A DNA stretch of 64,000 nucleotides, taken from the NCBI GenBank assembly GCA_000004985.1, contig GG738850.1, one strand, 5' to 3'. Shown in pieces: positions 18,707 through 29,243 of the stretch; position 1 is the first letter of the stretch, and every line of letters starts with the position of its first letter. The notes under the pieces were generated by a model. It was not told the DNA's origin and made no database searches. It saw only the letters and a list, made by a program, of their open reading frames with translations. The position numbers and the translations under genes are program-made. The stretch comes from Naegleria gruberi (Eukaryota).

Positions 18707-21700
18707 ATGTTGTCACTTCTTCCAACTGAAGCAGCCAGTAGTAATACTCATCATCATCACCTTCATCATACTCAATCATCTTTGGAAATAAGGGAAGACG
18801 ATTATTCTATTCATTCCGATTATGATCCTCTTTCAACCGGAAGGGAATCATTTGTAAATAACATCAACAATATTGAGGAAGAAATTGGAGAATCCTTAGA
18901 CACTATCAGTAGTAACAGTGGTAGTGAGGAATTATTCTTTGGAATGGAACCAACCTCAACACAGAATAATCAGCATCATCATGATCCTTCTAGTCATGGA
19001 TCGTTTCCAGCTGATGTTGAGGAGGAAATTGAAGTATTGCCGGGGGAGGAGGATGACGATGATTCAGATAAAGATTTGAATTCGTCTGAAGAAAGAGGAA
19101 GGAGATCAAATATGAGAATCAAAACACATGACATGAATTATTCAGTAGATGATTACTTCAAATCATTAAATGGCAAGCTTCCTTCTCCAACATCACTTCC
19201 GAATCTAAACGATACAATTGAGGAATCTCTTGCTAGTGATGATTCCAATGAAAATACTCCAAAGAAAGCAACATCATCAATTATATACAAGAAGAGATTT
19301 CCAGTGCCAATTTCTGAACCAGTCTTTTCTCCTCGAAAGGATCGTCTTCTCAAACATTGTTCAACTTTCTACTTTCATCCAGAAACAGCTCAATGTTCCC
19401 ATGATTCCCAGCTCGTTTCACCAAAGGAGTACTCTTCATTCCTCTCTCGTCATTCAGATTTCAACTCTTCACCGAGTAGTTATAACATCAATAGTCCCCA
19501 ACAGCAACAATCAGCTGCTCTAATCACACACAGTAGTGTCTACACAACTTGGAGTGACGGTAGCAATAGCATCGGGAGCTTTAAAACCAACTCTGCCACT
19601 ACTGCAATGAACAACACTACAGTGAAAGACTCAACGATCGAACCATCAGAGGAAAACCCCAACCGAACAATTTCTCATCTTCCTTCAGTGAGCCTTTCCA
19701 ATGTTAAGAACCTCACGGAACGACAAAAAAATTTACTATACTCTATAAAGGTTGCTAAGGTTGTTAAGGAGAGTAATCATCACTCGACCACTAACAACAA
19801 TTGTAACAAGGACCTTAATCATCAACATCATCATTCTCAACAATCAACGGTTAATAGTAATAGTGAAAAGTCTCCTGTTACCGTATCAAAAAAATTAGGT
19901 TTATCAGAATTTACAGTTGCTAATAATAATAATAGCAACAATAAGAATCCATCATCAAATTATCGCATTAAGGAGGAAATTCTAGCACAATTATCATCTC
20001 CTTTGAAGAGGAAGTTGAAAAAGGAGGATATATTTGATTCTACTGTGCAACCATTAACATCATTTAGAAGTGACGAAGGAAGAGAAGTATCTGCTGTTGA
20101 GGAGTGGATTGCCTTTCAAAAGCAGAGAATTACTGAGGACGATAATATTGAGGATACAACTGGAGAAGGAATTTTTGAATTTACACAAGTGAAGGATTCA
20201 TCATTGCGAACATCAACAATTATTGGAGAGGACGAGCAAGAAAACAACAACATGACTAGTAATTCACTGAGTCCCCCATTTCACTTGATCAAGAGGAGTT
20301 CCAACAAGACAATGCAATTAATTTCATCAGATATTCCTATTGTACATAATGCTTCATCTACTGCCTTGTTTGCTAACATTCCACCAATCTTGAAACCACT
20401 TCAACTCTCACAGGCTAGTTCGGCCCAATTAGAAAAGAAACAACATCAAGTGGTGAGGAATTCCATTCAACAATTTCGTTCAAATAAGCATGCTCTCCAC
20501 ACTGTTCCGAAACCAACAGTTTCAAAGAGTCAAATTGTTCCACCAAGTGCCAAAACATCAGCACGACCCATGGTGGCACAACCATCCCCCAATCTAGTAA
20601 TACCAAATCAGCACGTCGAAGATGTTAAACCAGTGAGAAGAAAGAATGTACCTGTAATTAATGTTCCTCAAATTAAGATTACCGAAAAGATGCAAACCTA
20701 TGCTTCGTTGCATCAACTCAAATCACCATCGAATCACAAACAACAAGATTATGAACTGGCAGCTGATTCAGTATTTGTCGTCGTGTCTGGTGATGTTCTC
20801 AATGAAATTCGAGAAAAGAATGAAAAAGTTGAGAGAAAGAGACCTTACGAGATTATATACTTTGATAAGAGTTTATCAAGAGTGAAACAAGTTGTTCCAT
20901 GTGGATCATTTACAATTTTTGTTGCGGAAGGTAAAGAAACTGAAAGAGTGTTTGTAATATATAAGGAAAACCCACTCCTTCATCCAACCAAAAAGGTTGA
21001 AAATGTATATAACAAGTACTTTACCTTTTGCAATTCAAATTTTCATCCACAACTGAGAGAAGTTGACTACAAAACTCTTATCAGGACTGAGTTTGAGAAG
21101 AATAACGTAAATCTAGATCCATATGTATTGCAAGATCCAAAAAGTTTGGAATTGACTGAGGTTTATGGAACACAAGATGCATTCATGCTCAAAATGAGGA
21201 ATAATTTCTGTATCTTTATACATTTTGCAGAAACTGCGGAAAAGGTTAAAATATCCTTCTTTGAAGAGTATGCAGGAGGAACCATTGATTGGATTGAAAC
21301 AAATCCCTGCTCCAATACCTTACTCTTGTACGGTCACGCAAGAGGGAGAACCAATTACCTGTTGGATATAATGGTATTGGATCCAGAGCCGAGGAGAAGA
21401 AAGTTGCAACTTCCACCAGAAATATCTCAAAACAATATAAGGATTATTCGAGTAGGATTACACAGAATTATTATAGTGACCAATGACAATCAATTGTACA
21501 TACATAGAAGCGAGAAGAAAGGATCTGAAACATCTGAAAATTTTGAACTGTTTGATAAGGTTTGGGAAGCTCCTATCAGGCAAGTGAGATGTGGAGGCTA
21601 TCACAATGTGGTTCTGCTCCAGAATGGTAATATTTATGCGTGGGGTTTCAATAACCACTACCAATGTGGAATTTATGAAAATGTTAAAAACAAGATCCCT

Positions 21701-22051
21701 ATGGTACCTATCACTCTCTTAAATCAACCCAAGACGATGGATGGAGAAATAACAGATATTCAAGCATCTTATCTCACTACGAGTGTGATAACAACAAATG
21801 GAGTGTGGACAATAGGAGACATGACCGCAAAATTGAATACCTATGTCAAATCAACAGATGGTTTAAAGTATAGCATCATTCCATTTGCCAAGTTTAACTT
21901 TTTACTGAATGCCATGTGGAGCTCGGGAGACCATCTTGTCTTGTTCAATCACAGTGAAAATCATGAAGGTATACAGGGCTACTTCTCTAAGAATTTGAGT
22001 AAGATGCTACACATCGAATCTAGTCAAGATGAAAAGAGTAAAAGACAATGA
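18707..22051 (+). CDS. Large low-complexity protein (1114 aa) with C-terminal RCC1-like repeats
   Basis: Real ATG. His/Ser/Asn/Gln-rich N-terminal two thirds. The C-terminus has RCC1-type repeat sequence CGGYHNVVLLQNGNIYAWGFNNHYQCG. Confidence 0.5.
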   Translation: MLSLLPTEAASSNTHHHHLHHTQSSLEIREDDYSIHSDYDPLSTGRESFVNNINNIEEEIGESLDTISSNSGSEELFFGMEPTSTQNNQHHHDPSSHGSFPADVEEEIEVLPGEEDDDDSDKDLNSSEERGRRSNMRIKTHDMNYSVDDYFKSLNGKLPSPTSLPNLNDTIEESLASDDSNENTPKKATSSIIYKKRFPVPISEPVFSPRKDRLLKHCSTFYFHPETAQCSHDSQLVSPKEYSSFLSRHSDFNSSPSSYNINSPQQQQSAALITHSSVYTTWSDGSNSIGSFKTNSATTAMNNTTVKDSTIEPSEENPNRTISHLPSVSLSNVKNLTERQKNLLYSIKVAKVVKESNHHSTTNNNCNKDLNHQHHHSQQSTVNSNSEKSPVTVSKKLGLSEFTVANNNNSNNKNPSSNYRIKEEILAQLSSPLKRKLKKEDIFDSTVQPLTSFRSDEGREVSAVEEWIAFQKQRITEDDNIEDTTGEGIFEFTQVKDSSLRTSTIIGEDEQENNNMTSNSLSPPFHLIKRSSNKTMQLISSDIPIVHNASSTALFANIPPILKPLQLSQASSAQLEKKQHQVVRNSIQQFRSNKHALHTVPKPTVSKSQIVPPSAKTSARPMVAQPSPNLVIPNQHVEDVKPVRRKNVPVINVPQIKITEKMQTYASLHQLKSPSNHKQQDYELAADSVFVVVSGDVLNEIREKNEKVERKRPYEIIYFDKSLSRVKQVVPCGSFTIFVAEGKETERVFVIYKENPLLHPTKKVENVYNKYFTFCNSNFHPQLREVDYKTLIRTEFEKNNVNLDPYVLQDPKSLELTEVYGTQDAFMLKMRNNFCIFIHFAETAEKVKISFFEEYAGGTIDWIETNPCSNTLLLYGHARGRTNYLLDIMVLDPEPRRRKLQLPPEISQNNIRIIRVGLHRIIIVTNDNQLYIHRSEKKGSETSENFELFDKVWEAPIRQVRCGGYHNVVLLQNGNIYAWGFNNHYQCGIYENVKNKIPMVPITLLNQPKTMDGEITDIQASYLTTSVITTNGVWTIGDMTAKLNTYVKSTDGLKYSIIPFAKFNFLLNAMWSSGDHLVLFNHSENHEGIQGYFSKNLSKMLHIESSQDEKSKRQ

Positions 22052-22199
22052 TCAACTTCTTTGAAAAACTAGTCTAAATGACAAACTCCTTTCATTAATA
22101 CCTTAATATCAAGCGCCCTTATTTATAGAAACCATCCTTAAAAAAATAAAATAACGCCATCACAGTGTGGGAGGACAATTTTACAGCAGTTTGTAGAGA

Positions 22200-23009
22200 A
22201 TGAATTTATCGAAGACTATTCTTTTGATTGTCTTGTTGGGAATTGTTGTCTTTCTTGCAACCACTACATTCGCACAAAAAGTTCCAACCAACAAAAAATT
22301 GGTTTCTAAGGCACAAAAACCAAAACCTTCATCTGTTCCAACCCAAAAGAAGAAGAATATTGTTAAGTCATCTTCTCCAGCAACAGGGAAGATAAAGAAG
22401 GCTACTAAGCAAGTAAAAAAGCCAACCTCCGATAAAAAGAAGAACCTAATAACAAGTTTGACAACATCAAAAGTTTCAACAAAACCTAGAAGTGAAGCAC
22501 AAAAGACATCTCCAACTATTGATCGCAGTGTACTCAAATTATTCAATGCTCAAGCAATACCTCCTGTCGCCCAACAACAACCTCCTAAATCAAGAACTAT
22601 TGCAGAAACTCTCAAATTATTAAATGGAGAATCTCAAAAATCAGTTGCCAAACCTGTACCAAAGCTCAGTACTCAATCAACTTCAAATACATCCATCACT
22701 CCATCCACTTCTAATCAAGTTGGTTTAGCTAAACCTCAACCAAAACCAGTCACCAAACCAAAACCTCAAGAAAAGAAGAACAAGTCGAAGAAGCCAGTAA
22801 AGAAACATCAAGAAAAGAAGGCATCTGGATCTAGAGTCAACATTTCCAATCTTATCAATGTTAATCAAGATAGACCACATCACGACCATCATCATAAAAG
22901 ACACAGAAGACATCCAAAGAGAAGACTCAGTCGTAATGAGAAAGAAAAGAAATTGTTCTTTAGAGACCTTGTCACCCTTTTGAAGAAAATTAAAAAAAAT
23001 AATCAATAA
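22200..23009 (+). CDS. Secreted Lys/Pro/Ser/Thr-rich protein with a His-rich C-terminus (269 aa)
   Basis: Real ATG. Signal peptide MNLSKTILLIVLLGIVVFLATTTFA. Repetitive KPKP/KK tracts. C-terminal HHDHHHKRHRRHPKRR. Confidence 0.45.
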   Translation: MNLSKTILLIVLLGIVVFLATTTFAQKVPTNKKLVSKAQKPKPSSVPTQKKKNIVKSSSPATGKIKKATKQVKKPTSDKKKNLITSLTTSKVSTKPRSEAQKTSPTIDRSVLKLFNAQAIPPVAQQQPPKSRTIAETLKLLNGESQKSVAKPVPKLSTQSTSNTSITPSTSNQVGLAKPQPKPVTKPKPQEKKNKSKKPVKKHQEKKASGSRVNISNLINVNQDRPHHDHHHKRHRRHPKRRLSRNEKEKKLFFRDLVTLLKKIKKNNQ

Positions 23010-23126
23010 ACTTTATTCCCTGTCTACTGAGTATGCAATATACCATGAAATAGCTGTCAAGTCAGCTAATTGTTTTGTGAGTTGTTTTAAGAAAATTTAT
23101 TTTAAATAATTTTTTAATTCAAAAAA

Positions 23127-24125
23127 ATGAGCGAACAAATAAGTCTTCCCTCTGCAACAACATCTGAAGCAAATAACAAGAGTAATAGTACCACTACTAT
23201 TAAAATCAATGCTGCTGGTCAACAACAAGTAAAAACTTCATCATCAAATCCGGCACCAATAACAACACAACCTAATAGTAAAATCATACTGAATAACGAT
23301 GAACATAAACAATTATCTAAACAAAAGTGTGAAAAGTGGACGATATATTATGCCAAAGAGGATGGATTCCGATTGGAAAAGGAAGATTTAAAGAATAATA
23401 GATTTTTAAATAATACAGTCACTAGTTATTTGATGCCACAGGAAAAGTTGGTGTCGAAAGATTATGTTCTGGGACGTAAACAACAATATGTAATCTCTAA
23501 GAGGAGGGAACCAGTTAAATCATTCAAGAGAAAGGATTTGGAATTGGAAAAGAAAGCAGAGGCCTTAATTGCCAAGCAAATTGAAAGATATAATGCTGTT
23601 TATGTAGTATCAAACAAGACATTGAAATATAGTATGGAGGAAGATTTTTCAAAGGAGGATATTTCATCATGGCCATCAACAACTGAAAAGGTTAGATTAT
23701 TCAAATCTAGTAAGAGTAATTTGGATGCTAAATTGATAAAAAAGGAACATGATGAAAAAATGAAAGCATATGAAGAATCACTGCTCCATCAAGAAGTTAA
23801 AGAGGAAGATACCAAACCAAAATACGAGATTAAGAAGAGAATTAGATTTTCAAATTTTGCAAATGTAGCACGAGATCGAGTTGAAAAAGTTGACAAGATT
23901 GTCTTTAACAAATCTAAAAAGGTGAAAACAGATAATGCAATTGTTGTTGAGAAAATCAATGAAGATAATAGTAGTGACGAAGATGAGGACTATGATGTTA
24001 GTGAGCTAAGTTCATGTGTTGTCTCTTACGATTCCATAATACAGTTTGCCAAAGATGCAAAAGAAAGAGCTGAAAAACGATACAATGAGGAATTGAAAGA
24101 TGGAATTCCACTCTATGATTTATAG
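23127..24125 (+). CDS. Hypothetical charged (K/E-rich) protein, 332 aa
   Basis: ORF with a real ATG, no recognisable domain, and an acidic SSDEDEDYD tract. Confidence 0.4.
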   Translation: MSEQISLPSATTSEANNKSNSTTTIKINAAGQQQVKTSSSNPAPITTQPNSKIILNNDEHKQLSKQKCEKWTIYYAKEDGFRLEKEDLKNNRFLNNTVTSYLMPQEKLVSKDYVLGRKQQYVISKRREPVKSFKRKDLELEKKAEALIAKQIERYNAVYVVSNKTLKYSMEEDFSKEDISSWPSTTEKVRLFKSSKSNLDAKLIKKEHDEKMKAYEESLLHQEVKEEDTKPKYEIKKRIRFSNFANVARDRVEKVDKIVFNKSKKVKTDNAIVVEKINEDNSSDEDEDYDVSELSSCVVSYDSIIQFAKDAKERAEKRYNEELKDGIPLYDL

Positions 24126-24162
24126 ACAGTTAGCATTAGTTTATTAAACTTGAATTGTACAA

Positions 24163-25895
24163 TCATTTTCTCTTTGGTTGGGTCGAGTACTTGGTTGCTG
24201 TTGGCAGATGTGAGCTCGTCCTCACACCTCCTGTTGAAGTATATTGTATAGGTGAGGTGAGACCAGAAGTGTAACCAGAAGTGTATCCAGAATTATAAGC
24301 TGGAGATGCACCCATATTTCTCCCTCCAGAAAGATAACCTCTAGAAACAGCTGGAGCATAGGCAACATTTCTGGACCTAATTGCTCCAGAGCTTGTTTGA
24401 ACATTTTCAGTGTGTTGAGACGGTTTCGTGTATGAGTTTGAAACAATTACTCTTTCCCTTTCTCTTTCTCTTTGATTGCTTACTTCAATATTATTGTGAG
24501 AGTTGGAATGATAGTTAGAACTACTTGGTGTGTCTTGATAGGATTGATTGGTTTGATAAAGGAGTACATTACTAGATCCTTGTTGTGTTAGTACAGCTTT
24601 TTGATTTTCAATTTGCTGTTGTTGTTGCTCTTCAAGCCAAGTTTGAGCATTAGTACTTATTGGCATTTCAGGTTTCATATTATTCTGTAATTATCCAATA
24701 CATTAAATAATTCATATAGGAATGAAAGGAGTAATATTAATATTTCTTCTAATCCATTGATAAAACTTACAATTCTCTTAATTGTCCAATCGAAAACATA
24801 ATCCATTTGATATCCTTCTCGTGTAAACAAGTCACGGAAAAGTTTACGGAGATAGGCATAGTCTGGTTTATCTTCAAATCGGAGCGACCTTACATATTTG
24901 AGATATGTAGCAAATTCTGATGAATAGCCCTTACAAAGAGCTTCAACAGTTGTTGACATCTTCTTTTCACTAATTAAATCGTACTTTTGTTGCTTTGACT
25001 GGGCTTTTAATCCTTGCCAAGGTAAGCTTCCTCTAAGGAAATACATGAAAACGTATCCTAAACTTTCCAAATCATCTCTTCTCGACTGCTCAATACCAAG
25101 GTGAGCATTGACTGATGCATAACGGGCTGTGCCTGTTAAGCTCTTATTGTCTTTGAACACAATATGTGCATGAGTTTTACTGTCTCTGTATTTTTTGGCC
25201 AATCCAAAATCTAACAAGTTCGATTAGATCAACAATGTTGAACGAAAAAACCACTTACCGATTATGTAGACGTGGTGACCTTTTTTGCCTGTTCCCATCA
25301 AGAAGTTATCCGGTTTAACTGACCTAGTTAGATTTCAAATAAAAAACAAAATAAAACTTACTATCTCTGTGAATAAAATTCTTAGAGTGAAGGAATTCTA
25401 CTCGTGAAATCATCTGATCAGCTAACATGAGAACTGTTTTAAGTGAAAATTTTCTTCCACAAAAATTGAATAAGTCTTCCATGCTTGGACCAAGAAGATC
25501 AATAACCATCACGTTATAGTCACCTTCAACACCATACCATTTAACGGAAGGAACACCAATTGCAGGTCCTCCGAGGTTTAATAATTTGTATAACCTAGAT
25601 TCATATAAAAGTTGTTGATGGCGAGTCTTGACAGACTCTAATTTGATAGCAACCTTTTCTCCGGTCTGAATATTTGTTCCTGTTGTTTGTATTGATGATA
25701 AAAAGTTGTTGTTGTTGTAGTAACATAAAATCGATTTGATGAATAAATGCAGCAAAATAATCATCATCACAAAGTAATACATTAAATTGGTCATGATGAT
25801 GAAATGCTTGCAAACAAACCTTGGTAAATTTCTCCAAAACTACCACTTCCAACCTTACGTCCTAATTTCCACTTTCCACCTACTCTGAGATCCAT
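24163..25895 (-). CDS. Casein kinase I (CK1/HRR25-like), 5 exons on the minus strand. Approximately 25895..25820, 25679..25363, 25319..25260, ~25210..24735 and ~24690..24163. Junctions are +/-2 nt.
   Basis: Exon 1 is [25 protein letters not shown]|G (donor GTTTGT). Exon 2 is [31 protein letters not shown]...FIHRD| (donor GTAAGT, 43-nt intron with TCTAAC branch). Exon 3 is [20 protein letters not shown]. Exon 4 is [11 protein letters not shown]...SLPWQGLKA...[11 protein letters not shown]. Exon 5 is a Q/N/S/G/Y-rich tail ending PKRK*. Near-identical to CK1 consensus throughout. Confidence 0.85.
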
Positions 25896-26519
25896 ATTGT
25901 TGTTTCTGTCGCTAGCTAATATTAAATTTTTTTTTTAATTTTGGAAGGGAAATCCAAACACTGATAATATCAAAAATGAATCGTTGATACCAATCAAGAA
26001 TTATGCTACAAAACGATTCTCTCCAAGTATTCGTTGTTGTTATTATTATGGTCTTGAATCAAAATCTCGTTTCAGCAGCACACAAGTAGTACACGGAGAG
26101 ATGGCCTTAATGTGCCGTTATTTTTTTCGTATTGGAAATGTAAAATATCGTGGCGCCAAGTCGTAAATTTGCCAGTCGTTACGAAATTTTTATCTGTAAA
26201 AATATTTTGCCAAGTAATAAAAATCCAAAGTTTTTCATCACCCGATTTAGCAATTTTTACTATTTGTGTTTTTTGATGAAAGAAGCAGCAATTATCAATC
26301 ACTTGGTTTCTAGTTTTTTAAAGAATATATTATTATTACTATTTTATTTACAATTATTGAAAGGTTGTGGAGCATCTCTATGTGTGTGTTTTAAAGTCGC
26401 AGGTCAAAATTGATATGAATACATGATATTACTAAAGTGGAAATTTAAATAATTATTCATGAAGAAGGGAACTACTAATCGTAGTGAAGTGATAGAAGTG
26501 AATTGTTAATCTTGTTAGA

Positions 26520-28283
26520 TTACAAATCATACATGACAACATCTTCATCTTCATCAACTTCTCTAGTAACAAAGGAAATATCGGAAAAGTAATTCTTATT
26601 GCTTTCATCTTGATCATAGAGTGCTTGGTAGAGGTGGCAGAACATTTCATTCTGATTTCTACTTCTCTTTTCCTTCGAAAAGAGATAGATACTACATGTT
26701 CTAAATCCTGCCGAAACACAATAATCTAGTTGTGGATATTGCTTCAATTTTGCAGATAGGAACGTTTCATGTTGTGGTTTGATATTGTATACTGGCTGAT
26801 CTTTGGTAGTTAACTGTTTGCAAGAATTATTTCCACACACGTAGACATCTCTAGATTCAGAAACAGCAATCATTGAGTAGAAACCAACAATTTCCTTGAT
26901 TGATTTTCCACTAAGGAAATCACATTGAATGAATCCCTCAGTGACATAGTTTGCATTTCCATTCACATATTGTTCATCTAAGAAGAGAGCTCTATCATTG
27001 GCAGTTCCACAAACATAGACCTTATCATCTCTTGTTTGAATGAAGGTTGATAAACTTCCACACCATACATTGGTGATATACTTGTGTGGCACAATCTGCT
27101 TTGAATCTTTCAAGGATTCAGTGGATGTTCTCTGATTATTACTGTAGAATGGTTCGAGTGGAGCAAAAACTGGATACTTTTTACCAATGGCATTGAATTG
27201 ATTGTCACCAGCAGCATACACAATTCCATCTTCAGTTAAAAAGAGTGAATGATGACTTCCTGCAACAATTTTAACAATCTTGAGTCCTTTTCCACCATCA
27301 TTACTCAATCCACCTTCTTTCAGAACAGTGACAGGTCTGAATCCACTTGAAACATTGACATGATTAGGCACACATCCTATTTGATTTTGTACATTTCTTC
27401 CACAGGCATAGACTATACCAGTCTCTGTCAAGACAAGTGTATGATAATATCCACAGGCAATTTCCTTAATTTTCTCACCTCCAAATGTCGAGGAAGGAAT
27501 GAGTTTTGGCACTGGTTCTCCAACACTCTTTTCAATACCAAGTTGACCATCTCCATTCTTACCAAACACTACAATTTCACCAGTGGACATTAACACAACA
27601 GTGTGGCCTTCTCCACTGACCAATTTCTTGACAAAGTAGCTTGGAGTAAGAGGAAGTTTTGGTAAGGCAACCGCCTCCACATGATCTCTTACTTCATTGG
27701 AATGACCAACACCTAATTCACCCACAGAATTGGAACCAGTTGCATAAAGTCCAGTCTTGGTCAAGTAAAATGTGACATTGTAACCACAGTCAATTGAAAT
27801 GAGTTCCTTAGGATCACATGGAAAGAGTGTATTATTCGATTTGCAATTATTCATTTGAGCTGCATCTGAGAATGGAATTGAACTATTTGAAGAATTGGAA
27901 GGGGAAGTTGCCACTGGCTTTGGTCTCTTTGATTCAATATCTGTCTTGACATGTTCTACTAAATCCTTAGGAGAAATCCAACCAGTACAATTCATTGAAG
28001 GAACACTATATCTACTTGTAGAACCACTGATAAATATTCTATCAGGCAATTGTTCCAATGTTGTGGTTGAGCAGGGAAGTTGTTGAGAATAATTGTGATA
28101 ATCATTTGAGGAGCTACATCCCTCTGCAAAACTAATCAAACTTCTCAATCCATATTTCAATGAGAAGGAATCACGATAGGAAAGTTTGGCATAGTCCAAA
28201 TCTTGAGAAGAGGAAGCACCACTCGATCTTCTCTGATAATTATATGATGATGAAGGCGAAGTTTTATCAAAATCTTGACTCAT
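26520..28283 (-). CDS. RCC1-repeat (regulator of chromosome condensation-like beta-propeller) protein, 587 aa
   Basis: Real ATG. Multiple RCC1 blades (GYYHTLVLTETGIVYACGRN, GSHHSLFLTEDGIVYAAGDNQFN, GEGHTVVLMSTGEIVVFGKNGDGQLG). Confidence 0.75.
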   Translation of the reverse strand: MSQDFDKTSPSSSYNYQRRSSGASSSQDLDYAKLSYRDSFSLKYGLRSLISFAEGCSSSNDYHNYSQQLPCSTTTLEQLPDRIFISGSTSRYSVPSMNCTGWISPKDLVEHVKTDIESKRPKPVATSPSNSSNSSIPFSDAAQMNNCKSNNTLFPCDPKELISIDCGYNVTFYLTKTGLYATGSNSVGELGVGHSNEVRDHVEAVALPKLPLTPSYFVKKLVSGEGHTVVLMSTGEIVVFGKNGDGQLGIEKSVGEPVPKLIPSSTFGGEKIKEIACGYYHTLVLTETGIVYACGRNVQNQIGCVPNHVNVSSGFRPVTVLKEGGLSNDGGKGLKIVKIVAGSHHSLFLTEDGIVYAAGDNQFNAIGKKYPVFAPLEPFYSNNQRTSTESLKDSKQIVPHKYITNVWCGSLSTFIQTRDDKVYVCGTANDRALFLDEQYVNGNANYVTEGFIQCDFLSGKSIKEIVGFYSMIAVSESRDVYVCGNNSCKQLTTKDQPVYNIKPQHETFLSAKLKQYPQLDYCVSAGFRTCSIYLFSKEKRSRNQNEMFCHLYQALYDQDESNKNYFSDISFVTREVDEDEDVVMYDL

Positions 28284-29243
28284 TTTCCACTATATATTAA
28301 TGGTTTTCAATTGTGTATGATAATTAATTGCCGAAATGTTTCTTCTGCTTAGAGAGTTTGTTGAGGTTTGACGAAACTCTTTTTTTTTAATGTTTGAAAT
28401 CTCTCTCGCTGGTTATTCTGTACGGGAATCAAATGGAAAATTTGATGCACGTCAATTTGGTTTAGTTTGATGTGTGTTGTACGAATGTTCTTGAGTTGTA
28501 CAACAAAAAGGTAAAACTGGTTTCGGTTTCTTTCTGCTAAGTGTATGATGGTTTGTGAGGAAGGTATTTTACGAGTCAGTTATGATACAACGTAGATTTT
28601 TGAGGGATATCGAATGAGTTCTACGGCTTCGGATATTGTTGTAGTTTCGAATAGAAGAGAATCAATGAGAGATGAGACAATACTTGACGGGTTGAGCAAG
28701 TATTGTGTTTCAAAATATTGATTGTAAAATATTATCAATGTTATTGGGGTTCTTTTTTCTATTTAAAAATCAAGAGAAAATAAATTGGTTTCGAATTGGG
28801 GACTTTCTATCATTAGATGAAGCATTTCTAGTGAATTGACCTCTTTTGATAAAATTCTATTAAAGTGCATTGAATAACGGAACTCTATTGTCGTGTATTT
28901 ATTAGGTAATAGGCCACCGATCCATAACATTCCTTAATTGGGAATTATTTGAATTCGAAAATTTCTAAAACTAGTCCAAATAGCAAACTTTGAATAATTG
29001 AATTAGTATTTAGCTTTGATGTACATGTTCAAATTGAGACATTGACGACTCTTGTCAATATTCTTCCTCAAATGAAAGTCAAGGATGTATCACAATTAGA
29101 GGTAAATTTAGTATTGTTGTAATCTTGGGCAATAACTGATGATCCACAAGGAATTTAACTTGTGCCAACAACGTTTAAAAAATTTATGGTGGTATTCGCA
29201 TATCAAGCAAGAATTCACAAGTTGCTATAATCAAATCAACACT

